A DNA stretch of 64,000 nucleotides from the IMG/VR virus record IMGVR_UViG_3300045988_166882. One strand, given 5' to 3'. The notes under the pieces are model-generated. The model saw only the letters and a list, made by a program, of their open reading frames with translations, had not been told where the DNA came from and made no database searches. Position numbers and translations under genes: made by a program. Of this stretch, positions 36,559 to 44,436 are shown one piece after another (positions within the stretch are counted from its first letter, which is position 1; every line of letters starts with the position of its first letter). The stretch is from a virus.

Positions 36559-36996
36559 ATGAACGAAGAACGTAACTACGATGACCCGCGGCTCAGCGAA
36601 GAAATGCGCCGTTACGGGTGTTACACTGTACCCAGCGCAGACCCCGCGCGTCCTAACGACACCCAAATCTGTTTAACGCCGGAATTTCTGGCCAACACCA
36701 AGGGGTACTCCATCACGATGGATATGGGGTTCGGTAAAGAACGTGTAAACTCGTGGACACGTAACGCCAACGGCGTACTGGAGTTTCGCCAGTTCCCCGA
36801 CCGCCTGTACTTGGATGAAACGGCGGGTGAGGGTAAGTACACCGTTGAGGTGACGCTGAGGTGTGAGTGCGGTGAACGAATCCCCCTCACCTACGCTCAG
36901 ACGCGCATATTCATACGCGGAGCACTCGAACAGCGCTACCTCCCCAAGGTGCTGCTCCGCTGTCCTAAGTGCAACAAAATGATCTTCAAACCGTGA
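36559..36996 (+). CDS. Zn-ribbon protein
   Basis: CECGER...CPKCNK. Confidence 0.5.
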   Translation: MNEERNYDDPRLSEEMRRYGCYTVPSADPARPNDTQICLTPEFLANTKGYSITMDMGFGKERVNSWTRNANGVLEFRQFPDRLYLDETAGEGKYTVEVTLRCECGERIPLTYAQTRIFIRGALEQRYLPKVLLRCPKCNKMIFKP

Positions 36997-37118
36997 TGAA
37001 ACCGTTGGTGTATATACTGAGGTTGGTGGTCCGGGTGGTCGCCAACCTCCTTTATTTTATAGCGTGGTTGGTAGTTTTGGCGTTATTGGCGATGATGCTA
37101 TACTCGCTCTGGTGTTGA
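36996..37118 (+). CDS. 40-aa TM micro-protein
   Basis: MKPLVYILRLVVRVVANLLYFIAWLVVLALLAMMLYSLWC. Its ATG overlaps the upstream TGA. Confidence 0.4.
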   Translation: MKPLVYILRLVVRVVANLLYFIAWLVVLALLAMMLYSLWC

Positions 37119-37170
37119 TAAAACGAGGGTCTTGGAAAAATCTTCGTAAAAAAGAGAAAATTTCTTCAAA

Positions 37171-37206
37171 TTCTCTTGGCGGTTTGGAAAATTCGCCGTA
37201 CCTTTG
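37171..37206 (+). promoter_or_regulatory. Bacteroidota sigma-A-type promoter, cassette copy P3
   Basis: TTCTCTT, 21 nt, then TACCTTTG (a perfect TAnnTTTG at 37199-37206). The upstream 23-mer at 37157-37179 is identical to 51536-51558. Confidence 0.65.
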
Positions 37207-37236
37207 CAGTGGAAAATGAAACTAAACCTTTTAATT

Positions 37237-37650
37237 ATGAAAGCAACCGTTGAAACCATCCGCGAAATCGTAAAGGTCCTGACCCCTGAAGAACAGCAAC
37301 TCTTGAAAGACACGTTCTTGTACGGAGGTTGGGGTGATACCGACATTGAGTTCCTCGACGAAGAGGGTAAAGTAGAAACCGTTGGCGCTTGGGGATATTG
37401 TACTAATGACGCTCGCGAAGGTGGTCATTTCGCCGGGCGTGTGGTATCGACGATGTTCCGGTCGATTTACCGTAAACTCTGCGCCGCTAACCGTAACACG
37501 ATTGGCGCCCAGCTGTCGCACTGTAACGATTGGTGGGGTGATGGTAGCGGCGATATGCTGTTCGTTCGCTCGGCGTGGAATAAGGCGTGGATGGAATGGG
37601 CCAAGGAGCCCATCCAGCCCGACGCCATCAACGCCTGCCTCGCCAAGTAA
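37237..37650 (+). CDS. hypothetical protein (first gene behind P3)
   Basis: ATG at 37237 by analogy with P2 and P5 spacing. An in-frame ATG at 37216 lies in the conserved leader. The track start at 37204 is a TTG inside the -7 box. Confidence 0.55.
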   Translation: MKATVETIREIVKVLTPEEQQLLKDTFLYGGWGDTDIEFLDEEGKVETVGAWGYCTNDAREGGHFAGRVVSTMFRSIYRKLCAANRNTIGAQLSHCNDWWGDGSGDMLFVRSAWNKAWMEWAKEPIQPDAINACLAK

Positions 37651-37680
37651 AATAGTCAAAACCGCAAGACAAATAGCACG

Positions 37681-38508
37681 ATGAAAACGTACCGTATTAA
37701 CCAATTCAAGACCAAGGAGGCCGTCATGGACGCCATCATCGAGGTCTTCAAACGCCGCGAGGATTGGACCGAAGCCGAGGGCCGCCGTACCGGCATCAAT
37801 CCCGAACCCACGTTCAAGGCCCAAAAGGCGTACGACCTGGCGTTCCAGTCGATGGGGGGTAATTCGTTCCGGCCAGGTGAATACCAAAAGTCGAAGCGCG
37901 AAATGGTCGATTACTTGAACAATATGGAGTCGCTGTTTCACGACGCCCGCCTTAAATGGTTCCGTTTCTACACCCAGCACACCTACCTCTCCACCGACGC
38001 CGGCAAGAGTGAACGTGAAGCCCTCTTGAAAAAGATTAACGTTTACAACGCCGCCATCGAGGAGTTGACGAACCGTTTTTCCGGGGACCTCGCTGAATTT
38101 TTGGAAGAAAACCGTAACTGCCCTGACTGGCGTGTGGCGCGGTATAGCGAGAACTCCGTAACGTTCGGGTTGGTGGATGCGGCCGATAATATCGACCAGC
38201 AGTCGCTGCTGACGTTTTACATCGATCGCGGCGTTACCGGCAGCGACGAGCCTACGTTGGTAACCTCCATCCAGAATCAGGGGCGCTGGTCGTGTGAAGA
38301 GGTCGGACCGCAGTACGTCCGATATGCATGGATGGGCCTACTGCTGTTGGACGACCGCCTCAAATCGCTTAAAGAGGCGATGGTAAGGTACGGGTCCGGC
38401 GTAAGGGAAAACGCGACTGCCATCAGCACCGCCAATGTTAGACTGAGTAAAGTGGGTCTCGACGACTTTCAGGCCCGTTTCACCGAGTACGAACTCCAAA
38501 ACTGGTAA
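37681..38508 (+). CDS. hypothetical protein
   Basis: 275-aa ORF. Confidence 0.6.
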   Translation: MKTYRINQFKTKEAVMDAIIEVFKRREDWTEAEGRRTGINPEPTFKAQKAYDLAFQSMGGNSFRPGEYQKSKREMVDYLNNMESLFHDARLKWFRFYTQHTYLSTDAGKSEREALLKKINVYNAAIEELTNRFSGDLAEFLEENRNCPDWRVARYSENSVTFGLVDAADNIDQQSLLTFYIDRGVTGSDEPTLVTSIQNQGRWSCEEVGPQYVRYAWMGLLLLDDRLKSLKEAMVRYGSGVRENATAISTANVRLSKVGLDDFQARFTEYELQNW

Positions 38509-38511
38509 ATC

Positions 38512-38808
38512 ATGAACGCAGAAACTATCGTCAACCTCTATATCATCAACGCTACCTCGAAAAGCGACCTTCGCGATATGGGTGATAAGCAGCGTCGGAT
38601 GATTGAAGAACGCCGCCTGATGGCCGTGCGTGAGATGTTAGGCGCCAAATTGGCCCACATAACGGCTAACGGCCAGTGGCGTGAAGCAATAGCGGTCCTC
38701 GGTATCACCCACCGCGAATCGGCAGAAAAGTGGTACGATTTGACCACTACGTTTGGCGACTTCGACCCTAACCGGATGATGTTCGAGAAAGTAGAAATTG
38801 AAGTTTAA
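38512..38808 (+). CDS. hypothetical protein
   Basis: 98-aa ORF. Confidence 0.5.
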   Translation: MNAETIVNLYIINATSKSDLRDMGDKQRRMIEERRLMAVREMLGAKLAHITANGQWREAIAVLGITHRESAEKWYDLTTTFGDFDPNRMMFEKVEIEV

Positions 38809-39055
38809 TCCCCTAATACAACGAATTATGGCACCTAATCGAGTAACCCGCGCCACGGCCATGGCTACGGCCCGTGACTACGCTAAAAACCATTCCAAGG
38901 AGGCTCTCCGCGTTCAGGTAGCGCTGTACCGTGAGCAGGTAAAGTCGCTTAATCGCGCCAAGGCCAACGCCACCGACGAAGAAGTGAAACGGCTGACCGA
39001 GCGTATAGCCGACACCCGTGAACTTTTGAGGGCATTCGAGAACGAGGCCAAATAA
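38798..39055 (+). CDS. hypothetical small helical protein
   Basis: 85 aa; alternative ATG at 38828. Confidence 0.5.
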   Translation: MKFNPLIQRIMAPNRVTRATAMATARDYAKNHSKEALRVQVALYREQVKSLNRAKANATDEEVKRLTERIADTRELLRAFENEAK

Positions 39056-39093
39056 CAACGCAAACCTTTTAATCACCAAATAGCAAAACGAAA

Positions 39094-40083
39094 ATGGAAA
39101 ATCAAACTATCACGAGCGTTTTCAACGCCACCGCCCCGTTGGCCATCAACGCCGAAGCCTCAATCACCAAGACGCAGGTTCTGTTCCTGTACGCCGTCGC
39201 TGCTGCCGCCGCTGACCGCCCCTTCATCCCTAACGTCGACGAAGGCCCGCTGCCGTTCACGGGCGTTGACGAAGTGGCTGTACCTTACAGCGAGGTTCGT
39301 GTCTGGCTCGGCCAGATGCTGGACGCCAACCTGCTGATGCGGCGCGTGATGCCTATTCCTGACGGCGCAGACTTCGTTCGTGAAATCAAGCGCGTGTCGT
39401 ACGAGTGTAGCGACGCCGGGCTGTTGGAGTTGTGCGTTGACGACGACACGCTTCACTTCACCGCCCTTGGTGTTGAGGCCATCGAAAAGTACGGCCCGGT
39501 GTTGGACGCTGAGTGGCTGGTGATCGAGCGCTCGGTCCTGAAAATCGTCAACAACCGCTACGGCCACTGCGGTATCGGCGTTGAGGAATGTACGCGCCAC
39601 GTCCCCACGCTGAATCCGCGCGAACTGAAGAACCAGTTCGTGATGGTCGACAACGACCTCATGGGTGCTGTATACCGCCGCACCGACGGCCTGCTGCTGG
39701 TGAACGTGTTCGGCGTTGGTACGTTCATCGTCGAACGCCTTGTGGCTATCAACACCGAAGTGTTGGCCACGTTGGCCGACGAAGGCTATCTCCAGCGTGA
39801 CACCGAAGAAACCGTCAACGAGTACCACACGCGCTTCTCGGCCCTGTCGAAGGTCTACCAGCGCGAGCACGGCATTCCCGACGACGAAGAACCCGCCGAA
39901 GTCCCCGAAGACAACCCGATGGCGGCCTTGGCAGCGATGCTGGGTAAGCAACTCGGGAAGAAGGTAGGGCTGGCACGTATCGACGTCCCCAGGGACGGCA
40001 GCGCGCCTACGGTGGCCAATCTGGACGATAAGGTAGAGGAAGCCGCCGTGGTGATGGACGCCGAGGACAAACCCGTTTCGTAA
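39094..40083 (+). CDS. hypothetical protein with acidic tail
   Basis: 329-aa ORF followed by a strong terminator. Confidence 0.6.
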   Translation: MENQTITSVFNATAPLAINAEASITKTQVLFLYAVAAAAADRPFIPNVDEGPLPFTGVDEVAVPYSEVRVWLGQMLDANLLMRRVMPIPDGADFVREIKRVSYECSDAGLLELCVDDDTLHFTALGVEAIEKYGPVLDAEWLVIERSVLKIVNNRYGHCGIGVEECTRHVPTLNPRELKNQFVMVDNDLMGAVYRRTDGLLLVNVFGVGTFIVERLVAINTEVLATLADEGYLQRDTEETVNEYHTRFSALSKVYQREHGIPDDEEPAEVPEDNPMAALAAMLGKQLGKKVGLARIDVPRDGSAPTVANLDDKVEEAAVVMDAEDKPVS

Positions 40084-40107
40084 CCGCGCGTTGGCGTTGA
40101 CGCTTTT

Positions 40108-40142
40108 AGCCGCTGGGGATTTAGGTCCTTGGCGGCTTTTTC
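40108..40142 (+). terminator. rho-independent terminator
   Basis: 12-bp stem AGCCGCTGGGGA / TCCTTGGCGGCT (three G-U pairs), followed by TTTTT. Confidence 0.7.
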
Positions 40143-40223
40143 GTTGGCACCCCCTTTCTTCCCCCTAATGGTTTCCCTCCTGCAACCTTCCTTTCCTTAA
40201 CCCCCTATAATCCCCCTTTTCCG

Positions 40224-40255
40224 GTGTAAAGAGAAAAAGACACTTCTCTTTACAC
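40224..40255 (+). other. perfect 12-bp inverted repeat in the non-coding control region
   Basis: GTGTAAAGAGAA, loop AAAGACAC, then TTCTCTTTACAC. Confidence 0.6.
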
Positions 40256-40483
40256 TCAACGGGAGACTTTCCTTCTCCAGATAAATCTGTCGAAGACGTC
40301 TCCCGACGCGCACATACGTGCGCACACGTGCTTACGCACGAGAGAACACACGCAAGAAGCAAACGCCAAACATCTCAAATCGCCAAAACGCCGTCTCTCC
40401 AGCACACACGCGCGTGTACAACCGCCAACAGCACTACGCAAAGACGCCAACGTTATTGAGGCTGAAAAACTCACAAACACGAA

Positions 40484-40675
40484 ATGGAATCAAACCCCCA
40501 ACACCCTGAAATCGATCATATGATCCAAGGCATGCAGCGTTTGGCGCAGAAATACGGAAAGCGAATCACAAATCGTCAACTCGATGTACGCTCGCTGACG
40601 GTATGTTCACTCAACGGTTGGCGCCTTACGTTGGAACGAGTAGAAACCACCAACGAAAACTCCTCACGCCAATGA
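40484..40675 (+). CDS. hypothetical small protein
   Basis: 63 aa; its stop overlaps the next ATG (ATGA). Confidence 0.45.
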   Translation: MESNPQHPEIDHMIQGMQRLAQKYGKRITNRQLDVRSLTVCSLNGWRLTLERVETTNENSSRQ

Positions 40676-41241
40676 AACGCTTAATTCGTCGCTTTGTAGA
40701 ATGGCTCTGGAGCGAAGGCGTGGCGACGTTTTGTTCAACGATCGTCGCCACTGAACTGCGTCGCCGCTTCCCTGAAGAGTTCCGCAGCAAAACTCCTTGT
40801 CGCCCAGAGGTAATTCCCCAAGACGTTTACACCGCCGTCTTTCAACATCTACCAACTCCCGCCGATGTAATTCACGCCGATTACGGTGACTCCAACATCC
40901 ACCACGTCCGTACGTTCACCATCCAGCGACCTGGTCGTGGTGATTTTAGGATGGTGATGATAGCTGCGCGAATGCGTTTGGCGCCTGAACTACGGAGTGA
41001 CGAAATCTGTTGCGGAAGGTACGCTCACCTGTTGAACGTCGAGATTCACGGTTGGGGAAACGCACCGCGCAACACCCCCAACTACACACTGCAGTTTTCG
41101 CTGATGCAGTATCGACTTCAAGGACCCAACGTCGGCGGTACAGTTCCGTATTGGCGGTTGGAGGTTGAAAAGCCCGCTGTCCTTCACCGCCACACTGAAG
41201 CGGTGTTGGAAGGCGTGGCTCGTGGATTATCAAATTTATGA
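40672..41241 (+). CDS. hypothetical protein
   Basis: ATG at 40672 (MKRLIRRFVEWLW...). Confidence 0.5.
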   Translation: MKRLIRRFVEWLWSEGVATFCSTIVATELRRRFPEEFRSKTPCRPEVIPQDVYTAVFQHLPTPADVIHADYGDSNIHHVRTFTIQRPGRGDFRMVMIAARMRLAPELRSDEICCGRYAHLLNVEIHGWGNAPRNTPNYTLQFSLMQYRLQGPNVGGTVPYWRLEVEKPAVLHRHTEAVLEGVARGLSNL

Positions 41242-41245
41242 GACT

Positions 41246-41398
41246 ATGGCAGAATTCTTTCGCGTTGGCCGTTATTTCGACACCCAAGACGCCGAACGCA
41301 CACGCACCGAGCAATTAGAGCGCCAAAAAGCAAGAGCAGCGCTATCTGGGGTCTACAATCCTTCGTCCCGGGATGAGACTTTACCAGTTCAACTATAA
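41246..41398 (+). CDS. hypothetical small protein
   Basis: ATG at 41246 (MAEFFRVGRYF...). Confidence 0.35.
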   Translation: MAEFFRVGRYFDTQDAERTRTEQLERQKARAALSGVYNPSSRDETLPVQL

Positions 41399-41615
41399 GA
41401 CCGGAGAATGTCGGGAGATTGGTACTGAACGGCGGTTGGAATTCGACCCCGTCAGCGGCAACAAGGTTACTCGTTCTGTGAAGGTCCAATACGACCCCGA
41501 TTGCGTATATCTCCAGGCCCTCAACGAGCGAAACGCCATTCGTAAGTTAGTGAAGGCTGGATACATCAAAATGGTGAAACACGATGGTAAAGATCCACAC
41601 GTCGAAGATCGATGA
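41373..41615 (+). CDS. hypothetical small protein
   Basis: 80-aa ORF. Confidence 0.45.
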   Translation: MRLYQFNYKTGECREIGTERRLEFDPVSGNKVTRSVKVQYDPDCVYLQALNERNAIRKLVKAGYIKMVKHDGKDPHVEDR

Positions 41616-42063
41616 AGCCCAAGAGCCAGCGAAGGCTCACAAAATACAACGCGGTTCCAACGGGCTACCGCTGTTTGGCGGTAAGCACGTTGAGGTGAAA
41701 GCCAAGCCCTACTCCGCTGAACGCAACGCCGACGATGGTGTTGATTACGATATGTCGCTGGCTGACTTTCTGGGTCAAGCGGAAGAACTCACCAAGAAAA
41801 AGCGTTTGAACGCCGTTTTTATCGAGTTAGGCGGTACGTTGGTCCCGTGGTACGCCATACGGTCGTTGAGCCGCACAGAGCGCTACGACGACGAACGCCA
41901 ACGATACCAGTACGGTATCATCGCCAACATCGACACCTTGGCGGCCGACGGCGACAATTTCGACGAGTGGTGGCTGGCGGAAGAAGCCCGCGACGAAGCG
42001 TGGAACGCCCTACGTGACCAGTTAACAGAACTCGGTATCACAATCGTACAAGCAAAGGTCTAA
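41584..42063 (+). CDS. hypothetical protein
   Basis: 159-aa ORF. Confidence 0.5.
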   Translation: MVKIHTSKIDEAQEPAKAHKIQRGSNGLPLFGGKHVEVKAKPYSAERNADDGVDYDMSLADFLGQAEELTKKKRLNAVFIELGGTLVPWYAIRSLSRTERYDDERQRYQYGIIANIDTLAADGDNFDEWWLAEEARDEAWNALRDQLTELGITIVQAKV

Positions 42064-42102
42064 ACAACCCTCATAATTATCAACAATCAAAATTATCGTA
42101 CA

Positions 42103-42399
42103 ATGAAAGTGCAAGATTTTTACGGTGCGCTGGCCAAGAAGGCTGGTACCACCAAGGCTCAGGCGATTGAGTTCGTCCGCGCCCTCGAAGAGGTCCTCAC
42201 CGAAGAGGTCCGTGACAAGGGTGAAACTATTCCGCTGGGTAAGGTCGGCAAGTTTGTCCTGAAGGACGTTCCGGCTCGTACCATGCGTAACCCCTTCACC
42301 GGGCAGGACATCGAGACTCGTGCCTACCGGACCATCCAGTTCAAAACGGCGTATGCCATGAGGGCCGACGCTGAAACCGCCAAAAAAGGCAAAAAGTAA
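42103..42399 (+). CDS. HU/IHF-family DNA-binding protein
   Basis: GKFVLKDVPARTMRNPFTGQDIETRAYRTIQFKT matches the HU beta-arm signature (R-x-x-R-N-P-x-T-G). Confidence 0.8.
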   Translation: MKVQDFYGALAKKAGTTKAQAIEFVRALEEVLTEEVRDKGETIPLGKVGKFVLKDVPARTMRNPFTGQDIETRAYRTIQFKTAYAMRADAETAKKGKK

Positions 42400-42444
42400 C
42401 CTGTAAAATAATTCATTTACTGGTATATTAGTTAGCTTTCGCAG

Positions 42445-42480
42445 TCCGTCAGGGAAGTGGTTTGCCCTGACGGATTTTTC
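42445..42480 (+). terminator. rho-independent terminator
   Basis: 10-bp perfect stem TCCGTCAGGG / CCCTGACGGA, followed by TTTTT. Confidence 0.8.
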
Positions 42481-43135
42481 GTTACTTTCGCGTCAACGTT
42501 ATACTACCTGAAACGAGGGAATGCTGACTTTCCATGCCAGTTAGTTTCGAGTTGCTATAAGCGAGTTTCTTTTCCAAAACAGGATCGGCCAACGCCGTGA
42601 AGGTTTGGTTGATCCAACTCTTAGCGTTCCCTCTACTTTAGCCAGAAGAGCGCTGGGGAGTCAAAGAGTGGCCACAATTTACTCCATACAGTATCTCGTT
42701 CCGACCTCCGGGTCGGCTGGCACCAATACGGCTGGCCCGAAGCCGATCTCGATGAAACCAGCGGTGCGCACGCTGAGGGGCTACGAAGGATAGTAGCTGG
42801 GGTGAAATTCCCCGGTGAAGCCGGACGAAGTCGACGCCGATAGACAATAAAGAGCCTACGCTCACTCGGCTAATCGTTCTACAGACCACGACCTTCGCGG
42901 TCCGGCGAGGCCCTCCGTGGGTTGTGCGAGTAGAACGAGGGTATATCTCCACGGCTGGGGGGATCGGAGTTAGGCCTCCGTAAGGTGTAAGCCCTGACGC
43001 CAGCCAACGGGCCGCAAGGTCAAACAAATTGTCTCCAAGGCAGCAACGCAGACTTCCTCCATAGCGAGCGCCGGAGCGGAGGAGACAGACTCTAACTGGG
43101 GGAAGAGTATAAGCGATTCGTCGCGCCCCCTACGC
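42481..43135 (+). ncRNA. candidate large structured non-coding RNA, part 5' of the tRNA
   Basis: No credible ORF. G+C-rich (42721-42780 is 39 of 60 G+C). Many short perfect hairpins, e.g. 42701-42716, 42797-42815 and 42965-42980, plus 43030-43036 pairing with 43081-43087. Confidence 0.45.
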
Positions 43136-43206
43136 TGATTCGTGGTGTAACGGTAACACACCAGATTTTGGTTCTGGCGTTGGAGGTTCGAATCCTTCCG
43201 GGTCAA
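43136..43206 (+). tRNA. tRNA-Gln (anticodon UUG)
   Basis: Full cloverleaf folded by hand: acceptor TGATTCG/CGGGTCA with U1-A72, D arm GTGT/ACAC, anticodon arm CCAGA-TTTTGGT-TCTGG, T arm GGAGG-TTCGAAT-CCTTC, discriminator A. CCA is not encoded. Confidence 0.85.
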
Positions 43207-43527
43207 CTCTAAGGGCTTTTCGCGAAGAGCCTACCGAAGATCGCTAACGCCGCTGGCTGCGCTTCGGGTCGTGATAACCGGAATCACGATGACGCCGCGG
43301 CAACCATAACCCCGAAGGTCAGGGGTTCAAAGAAATTTCGTTCGTCATCGTTGTGGCAGTTCGCCCGCCCGGCCGGCATGGGGAAGATCAATAGGAACGG
43401 CAACCGACGAGCGCGGGGCGCGAAATATCGCCCCGACCCTAAAAGTCTTAACAGACTTCCATCAATCAAAGGTTTAATTCACCCCGGACCGCCCCACAGT
43501 AGCGATACAGCGAGGCGGTTTTCTTTT
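43207..43527 (+). ncRNA. candidate structured non-coding RNA, part 3' of the tRNA, ending in a terminator-like hairpin
   Basis: Hairpins at 43214-43231, 43269-43289, 43308-43327, 43415-43434 and 43443-43458. Long-range pairing CGATGACG (43287-94) with CGTCATCG (43343-50). ACCGCC/GGCGGT followed by a T-run at 43488-43527. Confidence 0.4.
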
Positions 43528-43557
43528 ACAACTATAAGGATGGAAAAGACTAATTAA

Positions 43558-44436
43558 ATGAAGATAGGAATAATATACAAATTAACCATTTTAGCGAAGT
43601 ACAAGTTCTACGGACAACGCCCCTTTTATGTCGGTCAACACTGGGGAATGGAAGACTTTAACTCGTATTTTGGCGGAGGTACAATTTGGAACGATTTTCT
43701 GAATGTCGTCAAAAAGGATTATCCGCTTCACTGGAAAAAGTTTGTTCGGCGTGAAATTTTATATCAAGGCGCGTGTGATCAACGTGCTTTGGACTTTCTC
43801 GAACAGTATTACATAAAGCGCGAAATGGCGCATTATACCGAAGAGAAAGGCGGTTGCAACGTTTTACGTGGTACGGCGAATGCGTTTGGCGCTGGGAGTC
43901 CGATGAAGGACGAAAATTGCAAAAGAAAGCAGGCTGAATCGTTGAAAAAGTATTATGATGAATACGGACATCCGTGTTTAGGTAAAAGGGCAACTCCCGA
44001 ACTGCGTAAACGGTTGAGTGAAGCGCATCGAGGCAAGAAACTATCGCCAGAAACGGTTGAAAAGATACGTAAAGCCAACGCTGGAAAGAAACGAACGCCT
44101 GAATTTTGTGAGTTGATGCGTGAAATGTGGCGTAAACGGAAAGAAGCGGGTTACGTGCCAAAGAATAGAGGGCGAAAAGTCCCCAGGGAAATAGTTGAAA
44201 AACGAGCCGCAGGGGTACGTAAATATTATGCCGAACACGCTTCATCGTTTTTAGGTAAACACCACACCGAGGCTACAAGGTTAAAAATTAGTGAAGCGAA
44301 TAAAGGCAAGAAATTACCGCCTTTTTCAGCTGAAACGAAATTAAAGATGAGCCAATCAGCCAAAAAGGCGTGGGCAATTAGAAAACAACAAAATAATTAC
44401 AATGCGTCGTTCGAATTATCTTGTAATGGACACTGA
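43558..44436 (+). CDS. GIY-YIG homing endonuclease (copy 3, divergent)
   Basis: IGIIYKLT...FYVGQH and GGCNVLRGTANAFGAGSPM, with repeated basic helical modules (RKRLSEAHRGKKLSPET, RLKISEANKGKKLPPFS). A+T-rich. Confidence 0.75.
   Translation: MKIGIIYKLTILAKYKFYGQRPFYVGQHWGMEDFNSYFGGGTIWNDFLNVVKKDYPLHWKKFVRREILYQGACDQRALDFLEQYYIKREMAHYTEEKGGCNVLRGTANAFGAGSPMKDENCKRKQAESLKKYYDEYGHPCLGKRATPELRKRLSEAHRGKKLSPETVEKIRKANAGKKRTPEFCELMREMWRKRKEAGYVPKNRGRKVPREIVEKRAAGVRKYYAEHASSFLGKHHTEATRLKISEANKGKKLPPFSAETKLKMSQSAKKAWAIRKQQNNYNASFELSCNGH

Noticed and set aside
37231-37980. Long antisense ORFs at 37231-37980, 39160-39951, 53619-54482, 20898-21530, 22600-23280 and 3597-4103 (-)
   Set aside because: Each fully overlaps a + strand ORF with recognisable motifs or better start context. 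None has its own promoter or terminator signals, and their composition is typical of reverse frames of G+C-rich codons.
40318-40509. 63-aa + strand ORF inside the 40-kb control region
   Set aside because: It starts at GTG, the product is R/T/N/A-rich (MRTRAYARENTRKKQTPN...), and it is created by the CA-rich repeats and palindromes. It overlaps the better ATG-initiated ORF at 40484.
43300-43350. Possible second tRNA or T-arm (GGGGTTCAAAG) 3' of tRNA-Gln, and a GGTTGATCC at 42606
   Set aside because: No acceptor, D or anticodon arms could be folded around either. They fit simple hairpins (43308-43327) better.
42605-43557. Six-frame ORFs inside the structured locus: 42605-42793 (+), 42638-43027 (-), 42970-43206 (-), 43284-43469 (-) and 43351-43557 (+)
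   Set aside because: Several start at TTG. They are R/G/P/S-rich, one runs antisense through the tRNA, and none has gene-like context. The region is better explained as structured RNA.
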